Source: Ignicoccus pacificus DSM 13166
Lineage (GTDB): Archaea; Thermoproteota; Thermoprotei_A; Sulfolobales; Ignicoccaceae
Direction: 5' to 3'
NCBI GenBank assembly: GCA_025340205.1
Contig: CP006868.1
Span: 450,001-482,000 of the forward strand
Length of the DNA: 32,000 bases
The notes beneath the pieces are model-generated. The model was not told where the DNA came from, did not search any database, and saw only the letters and a list, made by a program, of their open reading frames with translations. A program made the translations under genes and the position numbers. Below are positions 17,476 to 25,660 of this stretch, one piece after another. Position 1 is the first letter of the stretch; each line of letters starts with the position of its first letter.

Positions 17476-18698
17476 AGCTCCACGTACCTCCTCAAGTTCC
17501 TCCTATAAGCAAAGACTCCCAAGGCGAAGAGGACTGTGGATGCTAAGAGGAGCTTGACAAAAGGAACCAGTTCCTCGGCTCCCCTTCCTAGCACCAGCAC
17601 CCCTCTGATGATGTCTATTCCCCACGTGGGCGGGAAGACTTCAGCTAACGTCTTGAAGTAGCTCGGCAGCATCTCCTTCGGAATCCATATACCAGCCGTG
17701 AAGGTGAAGAGGAGGCCTAGCATCACTCCCAAGTTGGACGCTCCCTTAGCGGTCTTACTAACCAGCGAGAGGAGGAACCCCATGCTTATTGTTGATATTC
17801 CGACCAGCACTAAGGAAACCAAGGCTATCCAGTCATAAGGGTTGAAGGGGTTCCAGAGGACTCTGGCTCCCATCGCCAAGCCGCTGAGGACGACTGCAAC
17901 GGCGGAGATGCCAAGTATGGTCAAGCCTCCCAGGAGCTTCCCCAGCAAGAGCTCCCCTTCCGAAACTGGGGAGGTCAGTATCCTATCCAACGTCTTCTTC
18001 TCCTTTTCGATAACAACGGCTGTAGCTCCGATGATGAGTCCCGTGTAGAGGAAGCTCATCCCTATTGCTCCCCAGACGAGCCATCCCAATATGCTGGCCC
18101 TTTGAGCCAAGGTGGTGGGCGTCATCCTCTTCATGGTAACGTTTAGCGGCTCTATCAGACCTTTCATGAACTTCATCACGAACTCATTGCTTCCTATGTA
18201 CTTTATCACATATTCCAACTTTCTCTTCGCGATTTCCTTTGAGAAGTAGTAGAGGAATGACCTAACGCTCTCCTCGTGAAGCTGTACCGAGAGGGAAGAT
18301 CCTCCGCTTACGTAGACCGTTAGCCTAGCCGTCCCGGAAGTCAAGTTACGGTAAAATCCCTTAGGGATGACTATCCCCGCTCCTATCTTCGCCTTCTTCA
18401 AGTCATTAACTAACTTTTCCATACTATTGTACCTAATTACTTTAAATAGTTTAGTTCCATTGTACTTCGCTTTTTCCATAGCTTTTATGATCAACGTACC
18501 GTTTGGGTCATGGCTGAGAACACCCACCCTCACCGTAACCGGCTTCCCGCTGGTGGAGGGGAGGAAGACGTTGGCCGTTATGAACAATAACATTATGGGC
18601 CAAACTATTACCCAGAAGACGTCGCTCTTGTCTCTGGCAAACGTCCATAAGCTGTACTTTACGAATGCCCTTATCCTCCTAGCCTTCATGCACCTCAC
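17472..18698 (-). CDS. ABC-2 type exporter permease
   Basis: One N-terminal transmembrane segment, a large extracytoplasmic loop, then 5 C-terminal transmembrane segments. It overlaps the upstream ATPase gene by about 20 nt. Confidence 0.8.
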   Translation of the reverse strand: MRCMKARRIRAFVKYSLWTFARDKSDVFWVIVWPIMLLFITANVFLPSTSGKPVTVRVGVLSHDPNGTLIIKAMEKAKYNGTKLFKVIRYNSMEKLVNDLKKAKIGAGIVIPKGFYRNLTSGTARLTVYVSGGSSLSVQLHEESVRSFLYYFSKEIAKRKLEYVIKYIGSNEFVMKFMKGLIEPLNVTMKRMTPTTLAQRASILGWLVWGAIGMSFLYTGLIIGATAVVIEKEKKTLDRILTSPVSEGELLLGKLLGGLTILGISAVAVVLSGLAMGARVLWNPFNPYDWIALVSLVLVGISTISMGFLLSLVSKTAKGASNLGVMLGLLFTFTAGIWIPKEMLPSYFKTLAEVFPPTWGIDIIRGVLVLGRGAEELVPFVKLLLASTVLFALGVFAYRRNLRRYVEL

Positions 18699-19578
18699 CC
18701 ACGAGCTTTATGAAGACATCTTCCAAGGAGGGTTTCTTTACTTCCAAAGACTTCAACTTGATTCCTCTAGAGTACAGTTCGTTTACGACAGTTGGAACCC
18801 TCTCGTCGGGGCTTTCTACGAGAAACCTTACCCTCTTACCTTTTGCTATGCATCCCATCTCTTCACATAGCTTTCTAGTATCGATTTCCTCCTCCACTTC
18901 AACTTCAATAGCTCCACGAGGAAGAAGTCTTCTCAGCTCCTCCGGGCTTCCCTCCGCCACTACTTTCCCTTTATAGATTATATAGACCCTATCCGAGTAC
19001 CTCTCCGCCTCCTCCACGTAGTGAGTGGCGAAGAGCACTCCTTTTCCTTCCTCCTTGTACTCGTTCACGAGTCTCCAGAAGTCCCTCCTCACAGAGGGGT
19101 CTAAGGCAACCGTGGGCTCGTCCAATATGAGGAGTCTTGGATCGTGGACCATTGCTATTGTGAGGGTGAGGGCCTTCTTCATCCCTCCGGAGTACTTCTC
19201 CACGGGGTCCTTCAAAGGAAGCGAAATGCCTAGCTCTTCCAGCGTTTCCTTAACTACCCTTAATGCTTTTGAACAGGGTATGGAATAGAGCTCGGAGAAG
19301 AAGCAGACGTTCTGCCTTCCGCTCAGCTCCTCCCTAAGGCCTCCCTCTTGAGGGACGTAACCGAAGAGCTCCCTCGCCTCCCTAGGATCCTTTCCCTCTA
19401 TTTCCACCCTTCCCTTTGTAGGTAAGTAGATCCCTGTTATCACCTTCAGCAACGTGCTCTTGCCGGAACCGTTGGGACCCAAGAGGGATACGGCCTCCCC
19501 CTCTCCTACTTTAAGGCTTATTCCCTTGAGGACCTCGATCCCTGACAAGCTCTTCCAAAGGTTATCTACGACGAGCAA
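18679..19578 (-). CDS. ABC transporter ATP-binding protein
   Basis: Walker A is GPNGSGKST, the signature is YSGGMKK and Walker B is LLILDEPT. The start is TTG. Confidence 0.9.
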   Translation of the reverse strand: MLVVDNLWKSLSGIEVLKGISLKVGEGEAVSLLGPNGSGKSTLLKVITGIYLPTKGRVEIEGKDPREARELFGYVPQEGGLREELSGRQNVCFFSELYSIPCSKALRVVKETLEELGISLPLKDPVEKYSGGMKKALTLTIAMVHDPRLLILDEPTVALDPSVRRDFWRLVNEYKEEGKGVLFATHYVEEAERYSDRVYIIYKGKVVAEGSPEELRRLLPRGAIEVEVEEEIDTRKLCEEMGCIAKGKRVRFLVESPDERVPTVVNELYSRGIKLKSLEVKKPSLEDVFIKLVGEVHEG

Positions 19579-19795
19579 GCTCGGGTCCCGAGAGCCCTCC
19601 TAAGGGACGAAAATTAAGGTATGTAATCGTTCCGGTTTCCCGGAGCTCGTACGTACCCTCTAGATCAATTGCTGATGTCACGGCATCCAATTAGTATTAC
19701 TTAAGCTGAACGTTAAGGGCAAACTTCAAAGGTGTTCGAGCATTCGAGGGCTACTTTCTTCTACCTCCTTCTCCAAACTCATTACGCAAAGGTAG

Positions 19796-21382
19796 ATGAA
19801 AATGAGGAAGGGCACACTACTAACCTACGTCGGCCTCGTCACCTTCTTGCTCGGAACAAGCATAATACTGACGTTCGTAATACCGGCTCAGCTGTACTTC
19901 CTCGCCCCGGGAGCTGAGGACGCTTGGAAGTACGTTAAGGTAAAGGGTATTCTCATTTCCAATCATACGGAAGTTTTTATGAAATATAACATAACTAAGT
20001 ACGAAGGCTCCAAGACTTGCATTCAGTGTCACAAGAAGGAGACCAAGGACTTCGTGCACTCGATCCATTACAAGATGTGGAACTACGTAAATGACATAGT
20101 AGGTAAGCCTAGGGTGAAGGTTGGAAGCAGAGTGCTCTACAACGACTTCTGTGGTGCCATATTCTGGAATATGACCAAGCCAATAAATTTCATTGGTAAA
20201 ACTGTTCTCAAGAATGTTCCGAATGACATGGAAAAATTAAAGGGAAGGGTCGTCTCGACCGGCTGTTCCGCTTGCCACGGCTCCAGCTTAGGCAAGGTTC
20301 CAAATATAGAGCCGAACGGCAAGGACCTCGAAAACGTCGACTGCTTGGTCTGCCATTCTCTCAAATACAGAGGAGGACCCCTTGGAGTAGCGAAGGGCTA
20401 CAGGAAGCTCGTCAAGACTGAGGACGGCTGGAGATACGTCCCTGACATCTCGATAAAGGACGCCGCGTTGATATTGGCTAAGCCCGGGAAGGACTCTTGC
20501 TTGGCCTGCCACGCCTACTCAGGAGGAGGTCCCGGCTTCAAGAGGCCCAACTTAACCCCCGATCTGATGGGGAACGTGTCGGAGCACTTCGACGTCCACA
20601 TGGCTAGGGGTCTTCACTGCGTGGACTGCCATCCTTTCGAGGACCACAAGGTGGCCACCAAGGCCGTGGATACCTTTGCCAGGGAAGGAAAGGCGAAGAG
20701 CTGCGTCGATTGTCATCCTCATAGGCACAGAGCTCCCATCGTCGGATTCTTTATCGAGAGATTCCATAAAAGGGTGAGCTGCCAAGCTTGCCACATCCCC
20801 TACATAGCTCATGGTAAGTACCCAACTGACGTTAAGAGGGATTGGAGGAAAGCGGAGTTCAACTACGAGCTGAAGAGGTGGGAACCTGAGATAGAGCTGA
20901 AGAGAGACGTCGTTCCGACCTACGCTTGGTGGGACGGACGGGATAGGATCGTCTACCCCGACAAGGTTACTGGAAACGAGATAATCTTTGCCAAGCCAGT
21001 CAAAGGAAAGAATGCCAAGATCTATCCCTTTAAGGTCCACATATCATATGTTCCAATCGATAAGGAAAAAGGCGTACCAATACCCATCAAGGTTGGGATA
21101 GTTTTCAGCACGGGAAACGTCACCCTAGCGATAAAGAAAGGAGCTGAGATAGCGGGCTTGAATTACACCGGTAACTTCATCAAGGTAGTTAGATACATGA
21201 GCGTGGATCACGGAGTGGTTCCAGCTAAGGAGGCCCTCAAGTGCACGGACTGCCACAGTCCTTGGACTAGGATGCCTCTGAAAGAGCTGGGCTATGGTCC
21301 TCTTCCAGAAATCGCTTATTACGGCGCTCCTCTGCTCGTCCTAGCTGGCTTGGCGCTAACTCTGTTCTCAATATTGTCCTAA
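19796..21382 (+). CDS. Membrane-anchored octaheme c-type cytochrome
   Basis: Eight CxxCH motifs: CIQCH, CSACH, CLVCH, CLACH, CVDCH, CVDCH, CQACH and CTDCH. There is an N-terminal transmembrane/signal-anchor segment (LLTYVGLVTFLLGTSIILTFVI) and a C-terminal transmembrane segment (APLLVLAGLALTLFSIL). Confidence 0.85.
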   Translation: MKMRKGTLLTYVGLVTFLLGTSIILTFVIPAQLYFLAPGAEDAWKYVKVKGILISNHTEVFMKYNITKYEGSKTCIQCHKKETKDFVHSIHYKMWNYVNDIVGKPRVKVGSRVLYNDFCGAIFWNMTKPINFIGKTVLKNVPNDMEKLKGRVVSTGCSACHGSSLGKVPNIEPNGKDLENVDCLVCHSLKYRGGPLGVAKGYRKLVKTEDGWRYVPDISIKDAALILAKPGKDSCLACHAYSGGGPGFKRPNLTPDLMGNVSEHFDVHMARGLHCVDCHPFEDHKVATKAVDTFAREGKAKSCVDCHPHRHRAPIVGFFIERFHKRVSCQACHIPYIAHGKYPTDVKRDWRKAEFNYELKRWEPEIELKRDVVPTYAWWDGRDRIVYPDKVTGNEIIFAKPVKGKNAKIYPFKVHISYVPIDKEKGVPIPIKVGIVFSTGNVTLAIKKGAEIAGLNYTGNFIKVVRYMSVDHGVVPAKEALKCTDCHSPWTRMPLKELGYGPLPEIAYYGAPLLVLAGLALTLFSILS

Positions 21383-21385
21383 TTT

Positions 21386-21862
21386 TTATGAACAACTTTG
21401 TACCATTCCCATGTACCAGTTCAAGTTTCCTGCCTTCGCTCCCATTGTAACGAACACGTTTAGCGTGACGTTGCTTCCAGCCTTCGGTACCTGACAGTAG
21501 TAGGGGAACCTTACATGATAGACGGTGCTTCCGTTTAAGATTACCGCTATAGTCGGGGCGCTCTCTATTACCGTTCCGCTAACGGTCCTTGGCTGTCTGA
21601 CCGTGTAAACGTAGTTCACTACTGGCCTCGTGTAGTGACACTGGGTGCAGAAGGGGTCTCCGATCGGGCGAGCGCTTGGAGTATTCTGAGTAGTAACAGC
21701 AGTACAATTGCCAGGATAGCAATAGGGATGAGCAGTTGGAGGATTAACCATAGGAGTCCCACGAAAGGGAGCTGAGCCATAGCTCGGACAAGGCCTTCCC
21801 CACCAAGCTAGGGAGAGCGAGGCCAAGGCTAAGAGGAGTACGAGGGTAAGGGACCTCCTCAC
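21386..21862 (-). CDS. Secreted protein with a single CTQCH heme-c motif
   Basis: The signal peptide is MRRSLTLVLLLALASLSLAWW, and the CxxCH motif is in DPFCTQCHY. It converges on the octaheme gene with a 3-nt gap. Confidence 0.55.
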   Translation of the reverse strand: MRRSLTLVLLLALASLSLAWWGRPCPSYGSAPFRGTPMVNPPTAHPYCYPGNCTAVTTQNTPSARPIGDPFCTQCHYTRPVVNYVYTVRQPRTVSGTVIESAPTIAVILNGSTVYHVRFPYYCQVPKAGSNVTLNVFVTMGAKAGNLNWYMGMVQSCS

Positions 21863-21923
21863 GTTTTCACCGATCGTTCAGCCTCGAGGATTTAAAAGAG
21901 AGGAGCTCACGATTTGTCTGTTT

Positions 21924-22232
21924 CTATTCACGGTACAGAAGTTCGTAGTGTCTCACCTTCTCCGGAAACTCGAGTAGGAAGTCCTCGTCTTCCGGATAGT
22001 ACTTGGTCTTTTCATAGTCCTCGCCGGCGAACACCTTAATAGAGTCTATGTCCTGCCATAGGGTTATTATCATAAATTTGACTGCGTTTCCTTCCTCCCT
22101 CTTCAATATATAGACTCCTAAGTTGCCCGGAACGGACTTGTAATCTGGAACAGCCCTTTCTATTAAGAACTTACCGTATTCGTCCGCTTTCTCCTTAGGT
22201 ACCCTTCCCTCCCAAATCCTAACGACTACCAT
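21924..22232 (-). CDS. ABM/Dabb-fold (antibiotic-biosynthesis-monooxygenase-like) small protein
   Basis: MVVVRIWEGRV...YILKREEGNAVKFMIITLWQDIDSIKVFAG fits a ferredoxin-like ABM pattern. I preferred the ATG at 22232, which has an A/T box about 25 nt upstream, over the TTG at 22310. Confidence 0.65.
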   Translation of the reverse strand: MVVVRIWEGRVPKEKADEYGKFLIERAVPDYKSVPGNLGVYILKREEGNAVKFMIITLWQDIDSIKVFAGEDYEKTKYYPEDEDFLLEFPEKVRHYELLYRE

Positions 22233-22407
22233 ACCTCTCAGCTCGTTGTATGCTAAATAATCGAACAATAAAGGCCCAGATTCCCTCAACTCTCCCACAA
22301 GGTAACGCAAGTATTCCTAATTCTGAAGTCCTCCAAATTCTCGAAGTAAGTTTGGTTAACCTAATGTCGATAAACTGATCTTTCGGTCTGCCTAACGGGT
22401 TGGTAAA

Positions 22408-23358
22408 GTGAAGTTTCTGCAAGAAAGGATGATGGAAATCTTGCTGATTGAAGCTGTACTGTTCACCGCCTTGGGTTCCTTCGTTTCCTTCAAGCCTCTC
22501 AAGCCCACGGTTCCCTTTGCTGTATTCTTTATGATATTACAGCCGATGATGGTAATGAACTTCAAAGCGTTCTTCGAGGAGTGGCACAGGAAGGCGAAGC
22601 TTATCTTGCTGATATTGATACTTTACTCCGTTGCCTTTCCGCTGCTAACTTGGGCCTTCGCGTCAGCCTGGTTTAAGGTCTCAGTGAGCTTGGTAGCGGT
22701 AGGAGCCGTTCTGACCGCCTTAGCTCCAGTAGCCATGCCCGCCCCCACGTTCGTGAGCGCCCTAGGAGGAGATGTGGAACTCAGCGTCGCTAGCATTATA
22801 GTAACATTCTTAGCCTCATTAGTTGTAATGCCTACGTGGGCCTACCTGATACTTCATAAGACGGTCAACGTTCCCATAGGGATGCTTGTAAAAGCCATAG
22901 CTGAATACATAATACTACCCTTGATCGTGGGCCAGATCTTAAGGTACGTTACTTTAAGGTCTGGAAGCTTCGAGAAGGTGAACAAGGTTCTCCTAGACGT
23001 TAGCTTGCTCGCGATGTACTACTTAATAGCGACGATATTCGGAAGCGCTTCCCACGCGATAACGTCCCTAGGGCTTGCGATAGCGTTCTTCATGGTAATG
23101 GTTTACGTTTACTACTCTATAAGGTTTGGCATGACCTATGGGATAGGGAAGGCCCTAGGCCTCAACTGGAAGGAGCTGATAGCTTTGGTTTATGCCGCTT
23201 CGGTAAACGGCGCTCTGGGAATGGCCGTCTCCTTGGGAGCCTACGGACCGGAGGCAGCGGCTGGAGCTGTCCTCGCTGGGCCTCTGGGAGTGTTAGTGAT
23301 AATGATATTGCTAGTTAAGTTCTTCAAGAAGAAGTCACTTGGTAAGGGTGGCGGTTAA
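22408..23358 (+). CDS. Bile-acid:sodium symporter (BASS/SBF)-family transporter
   Basis: About 9-10 transmembrane segments. MPAPTFVSALGGDVELSVASIIVTFLASLVVMP matches the SBF P-x-S-x(3-5)-GD-x-x-LS core. The start could be the ATG at 22429. Confidence 0.65.
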   Translation: MKFLQERMMEILLIEAVLFTALGSFVSFKPLKPTVPFAVFFMILQPMMVMNFKAFFEEWHRKAKLILLILILYSVAFPLLTWAFASAWFKVSVSLVAVGAVLTALAPVAMPAPTFVSALGGDVELSVASIIVTFLASLVVMPTWAYLILHKTVNVPIGMLVKAIAEYIILPLIVGQILRYVTLRSGSFEKVNKVLLDVSLLAMYYLIATIFGSASHAITSLGLAIAFFMVMVYVYYSIRFGMTYGIGKALGLNWKELIALVYAASVNGALGMAVSLGAYGPEAAAGAVLAGPLGVLVIMILLVKFFKKKSLGKGGG

Positions 23359-23850
23359 GGAGACGCTGACCCTTAGCGTTAGAGATGGAGGGGAGGGAAG
23401 CCTCGTGGTAGTTAAGGAAAGCGGGGACTGGACATATGAGAGGTTTATCTCTTCTATCTCAATTCTGGTATAGTTAAGCTCCTCGCCTATGATCTTTACC
23501 TTTCTTAAGGCATCCCTTATTGCCTCTCTTAAGGCCTTCTCGTAGGCCATCTCCAAGCTCTTTCTCGAAGGCTCAAAGGTCACTCTTTCAATCGTGCATC
23601 CGGAGAACCCTATTAGCTTCAGCGCCCTTCCGAGCTTCTTTATGGGTACCTTTATCAGTAAGGAGTAGGTAGAGAGATAGGAGGAGCTCCTTTCATCGTA
23701 CCAAGAGTTGAAGCCGGTAAGATATATCGTAGCGTTTCCTATTACTTTGGTCAAAGCATTAACCTTAGCTCTGGCCATCTCCTCCGAAATGACTGGAGTC
23801 GAGGCCTTTGCTGAGCAAGAGATTGAAAAGGAGGCTATTTCAGGCTTCAT
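23335..23850 (-). CDS. SIMPL (DUF541)-like exported protein; the N-terminus is probably mis-delimited
   Basis: The SIMPL-like start of the domain, KVHVIGVGTVSMKPEIASFSI, and a hydrophobic signal-like segment, IIKHVLFLLLLSLVALSL, lie in frame upstream of the first ATG/GTG/TTG (up to 23937). See the corresponding finding. Confidence 0.5.
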   Translation of the reverse strand: MKPEIASFSISCSAKASTPVISEEMARAKVNALTKVIGNATIYLTGFNSWYDERSSSYLSTYSLLIKVPIKKLGRALKLIGFSGCTIERVTFEPSRKSLEMAYEKALREAIRDALRKVKIIGEELNYTRIEIEEINLSYVQSPLSLTTTRLPSPPSLTLRVSVSLTATLTK

Positions 23851-24010
23851 GGAAACGGTTCCAACTCCTATTACGTGAACTTTCAGCGAGAGTGCTACTA
23901 AGGAAAGAAGAAGGAGAAATAGGACGTGCTTGATGATCCCTCACCCTATGTGAGTGCACATCAATTGCTAAAGAGTAAGCTCCATAACCTAAGATCCTCA
24001 TCTAAAGCAA

Positions 24011-24020
24011 AATTTATTAA
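24011..24020 (+). promoter_or_regulatory. Candidate TATA box of the tRNA-Gly gene
   Basis: aatttattaa is centred about 41 nt upstream of tRNA position 1. This would give a short leader that RNase P removes. Confidence 0.4.
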
Positions 24021-24056
24021 CTAAGGTAGGGTGGTGGAGATCGGAGGGTCCGAGGA

Positions 24057-24135
24057 GCGGCGGTCGTCTAGCCTGGACTAGGACGCCGGCCTGCCACGCC
24101 GGAGATCCCGGGTTCAAATCCCGGCCGCCGCACCA
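24057..24135 (+). tRNA. tRNA-Gly (anticodon GCC), with CCA encoded
   Basis: I folded the cloverleaf by hand. Acceptor stem is GCGGCGG/CCGCCGC and D stem is GUCU/GGAC. Anticodon stem is CCGGC/GCCGG with loop CUGCCAC. Variable loop is AGAUC and T arm is CCGGG-UUCAAAU-CCCGG. Discriminator is A, followed by CCA. Confidence 0.92.
24075..24135 (+). repeat. attL: a 61-bp direct repeat that is the 3' three-quarters of the functional tRNA-Gly
   Basis: ggactaggacgccggcctgccacgccggagatcccgggttcaaatcccggccgccgcacca is identical to 31927-31987. Confidence 0.9.
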
Positions 24136-24271
24136 ATTACCTTCTTCTAGCCTCTCCCATGTCGAGCATCTCGAGGAGGGGCACGCTCTAGCGGTTGACT
24201 GTTCGAAAACAAGAAGCTCTCGAAGTTCTTCCCTCGAACCCTCCATCAGTTGCACGGATCATATCAACCCC

Positions 24272-25555
24272 ATGCAACTGAAGTTAGTAAGCGAACTTAA
24301 TGCTTGGGTCAGAGTCAAGCTAATCCGTTCAGCTCTCGAACACTTTACAGTGGAAGAACTCTCAAAGGCCCTGGGCAAGAGCAAGAGCACTATCTACCGC
24401 TACTCCAAAGGAGATGTAATCCCAAGCGAGGAAGTCGTAGCGAAGGTCTTGGCGTTGCTCTCTGTTGACGTAGCCTTCGCTTCAGTGGGCAAGGAAGTCC
24501 TCAAGGCCTACGGCTTGCTCGACCACGAAGGCAAGCCGAGGCTCGTACCCATGCTAGCTATCCTGAGCGTTGCCTTGGGAGATCCTCTCCTCAGGAAGTT
24601 AGTCCTCGAGTGGGTTTCAAGAGCTTTAGGCAACGAGGTGACTGAGCTCAAGCCCGAACCGGCTTTGCTCATGAAGTGGGAAGACGTCTTCGAGGCCTAC
24701 CTCAAAGAGCGTAAGGGCATAAGTGAGGAGCAAATCGCTTACTACCGCTCGCTCTTTGAAAGGTTCTTCGAGGGCAAGGCGTTAACCGAAGAGTTCGTGG
24801 AAGAAGCCTCGAAGTTCCCAGGGTGGGCGAGGGTCGTCTTTAGGCACTACTTGAACTGGTTGTTACTCGAGCGGAGGGTTGACAGCGAGTTCGTAAGCTG
24901 GGCCTTGAAGAAGATTCCTACGAGGGGCTACAAGGTAAGCGTGAAGGTCCATGAGATAAGCTTTGAGGAGGTCACGAAGACCCTGACTGTGCTTAAACAA
25001 GAGAACGAAGAGATCTATTGGCTCTATCGCCTCCTCCTCGAGAGCGGGCTCAGGCTAGCCCACGCCTTGGAGTTAATCGCTTCATGGAATCCCACCGAGA
25101 AGGTCTTCGTGGAACCCTTGGGCAAGGTTGAGGAGAGGTGCAAGTGCTTTGAAACGCACTGCCGCTGCTGGCTGGGGATCAAGAGGGGCAAGAAGTCCGC
25201 GCTCTGGGCTTTCATGAGCAAGGAGACCTTTGAGGTGCTGAACGAGATAGCTCCGACCAAGCTCTCGAGACACTGCGTGAGCAAGAAGGCGAAGGCTCTG
25301 GAAATCCTTGAGCCCTCGAAGCTTCGCAAGTTCTCCGAGCAATACATGAAGGAGGCGTTCGCCAAGAAGGCACAAGAGCTGGGCGAGCACCCTGAGGTCA
25401 TAATGCAGTTCGTGCAGGGGAGGACCGGCGAGCTGAAGGTCTCTCATTTGTACTACGACAACTTACTGAGGAAGACCGATTTCGTTTACCCGAGCTGGTT
25501 GGAGTTCTTGGGAGATGTGCGCTTTGGTCCTTTGGAGAGAGGACTCGTGGGATAG
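24272..25555 (+). CDS. int: Archaeal-type tyrosine recombinase / integrase
   Basis: It lies 136 nt from the att repeat and has an N-terminal HTH (SKSTIYRYSKGD). The C-terminal catalytic-like series is ESGLRLAHAL (Arg I), SKLRKFSEQY (xxR box), QGRTGE (Arg in place of His/Trp, as in archaeal integrases) and SHLYY (Tyr nucleophile). Confidence 0.75.
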   Translation: MQLKLVSELNAWVRVKLIRSALEHFTVEELSKALGKSKSTIYRYSKGDVIPSEEVVAKVLALLSVDVAFASVGKEVLKAYGLLDHEGKPRLVPMLAILSVALGDPLLRKLVLEWVSRALGNEVTELKPEPALLMKWEDVFEAYLKERKGISEEQIAYYRSLFERFFEGKALTEEFVEEASKFPGWARVVFRHYLNWLLLERRVDSEFVSWALKKIPTRGYKVSVKVHEISFEEVTKTLTVLKQENEEIYWLYRLLLESGLRLAHALELIASWNPTEKVFVEPLGKVEERCKCFETHCRCWLGIKRGKKSALWAFMSKETFEVLNEIAPTKLSRHCVSKKAKALEILEPSKLRKFSEQYMKEAFAKKAQELGEHPEVIMQFVQGRTGELKVSHLYYDNLLRKTDFVYPSWLEFLGDVRFGPLERGLVG

Positions 25556-25566
25556 GTGTTGTCTTG

Positions 25567-25606
25567 GGACCAGGGGCCCCCGCCTCTCGGACCAGGGGCC
25601 CCCGCC
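25567..25606. repeat. Two tandem copies of GGACCAGGGGCCCCCGCC with a 22-nt period, just downstream of int
   Basis: Identical 18-mers lie at 25567-25584 and 25589-25606. Each contains the GGGGCCCC palindrome. Confidence 0.8.
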
Positions 25607-25660
25607 CGTTCCATGATAACATAGTATACTGGGGTTATTAAGTTTTTGTCAACTACAGTG

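Noticed and set aside
19660-19715. A possible C/D-box sRNA (tgatgtc ... ctga) in the spacer between the ABC and cytochrome genes.
   Set aside because: The boxes are degenerate and only about 30 nt apart, there is no C'/D' pair, and no terminal stem. This is insufficient evidence.
635-21040. Many antisense or alternative-frame ORFs in the track inside well-supported genes. Examples are 635-955, 769-1095, 2727-3392, 7386-8669, 8841-10037, 12799-13215, 14349-15005, 20137-21040 and 29131-29884.
   Set aside because: Each lies wholly within a longer ORF that has clear family motifs on the other strand or frame. Their compositions (Ser/Leu/Pro/Arg-rich) are typical of shadow frames.
23998-24255. 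An 85-aa minus-strand ORF in the supplied track.
   Set aside because: It lies antisense across the whole tRNA-Gly gene and its GC-rich stems. The open frame is explained by the tRNA sequence, so I treat it as spurious.
24272-25555. SSV-type integration, in which the integrase gene is split by the att site.
   Set aside because: The int ORF is intact (427 aa) and the att repeat lies 136 nt upstream of it, outside the coding sequence.
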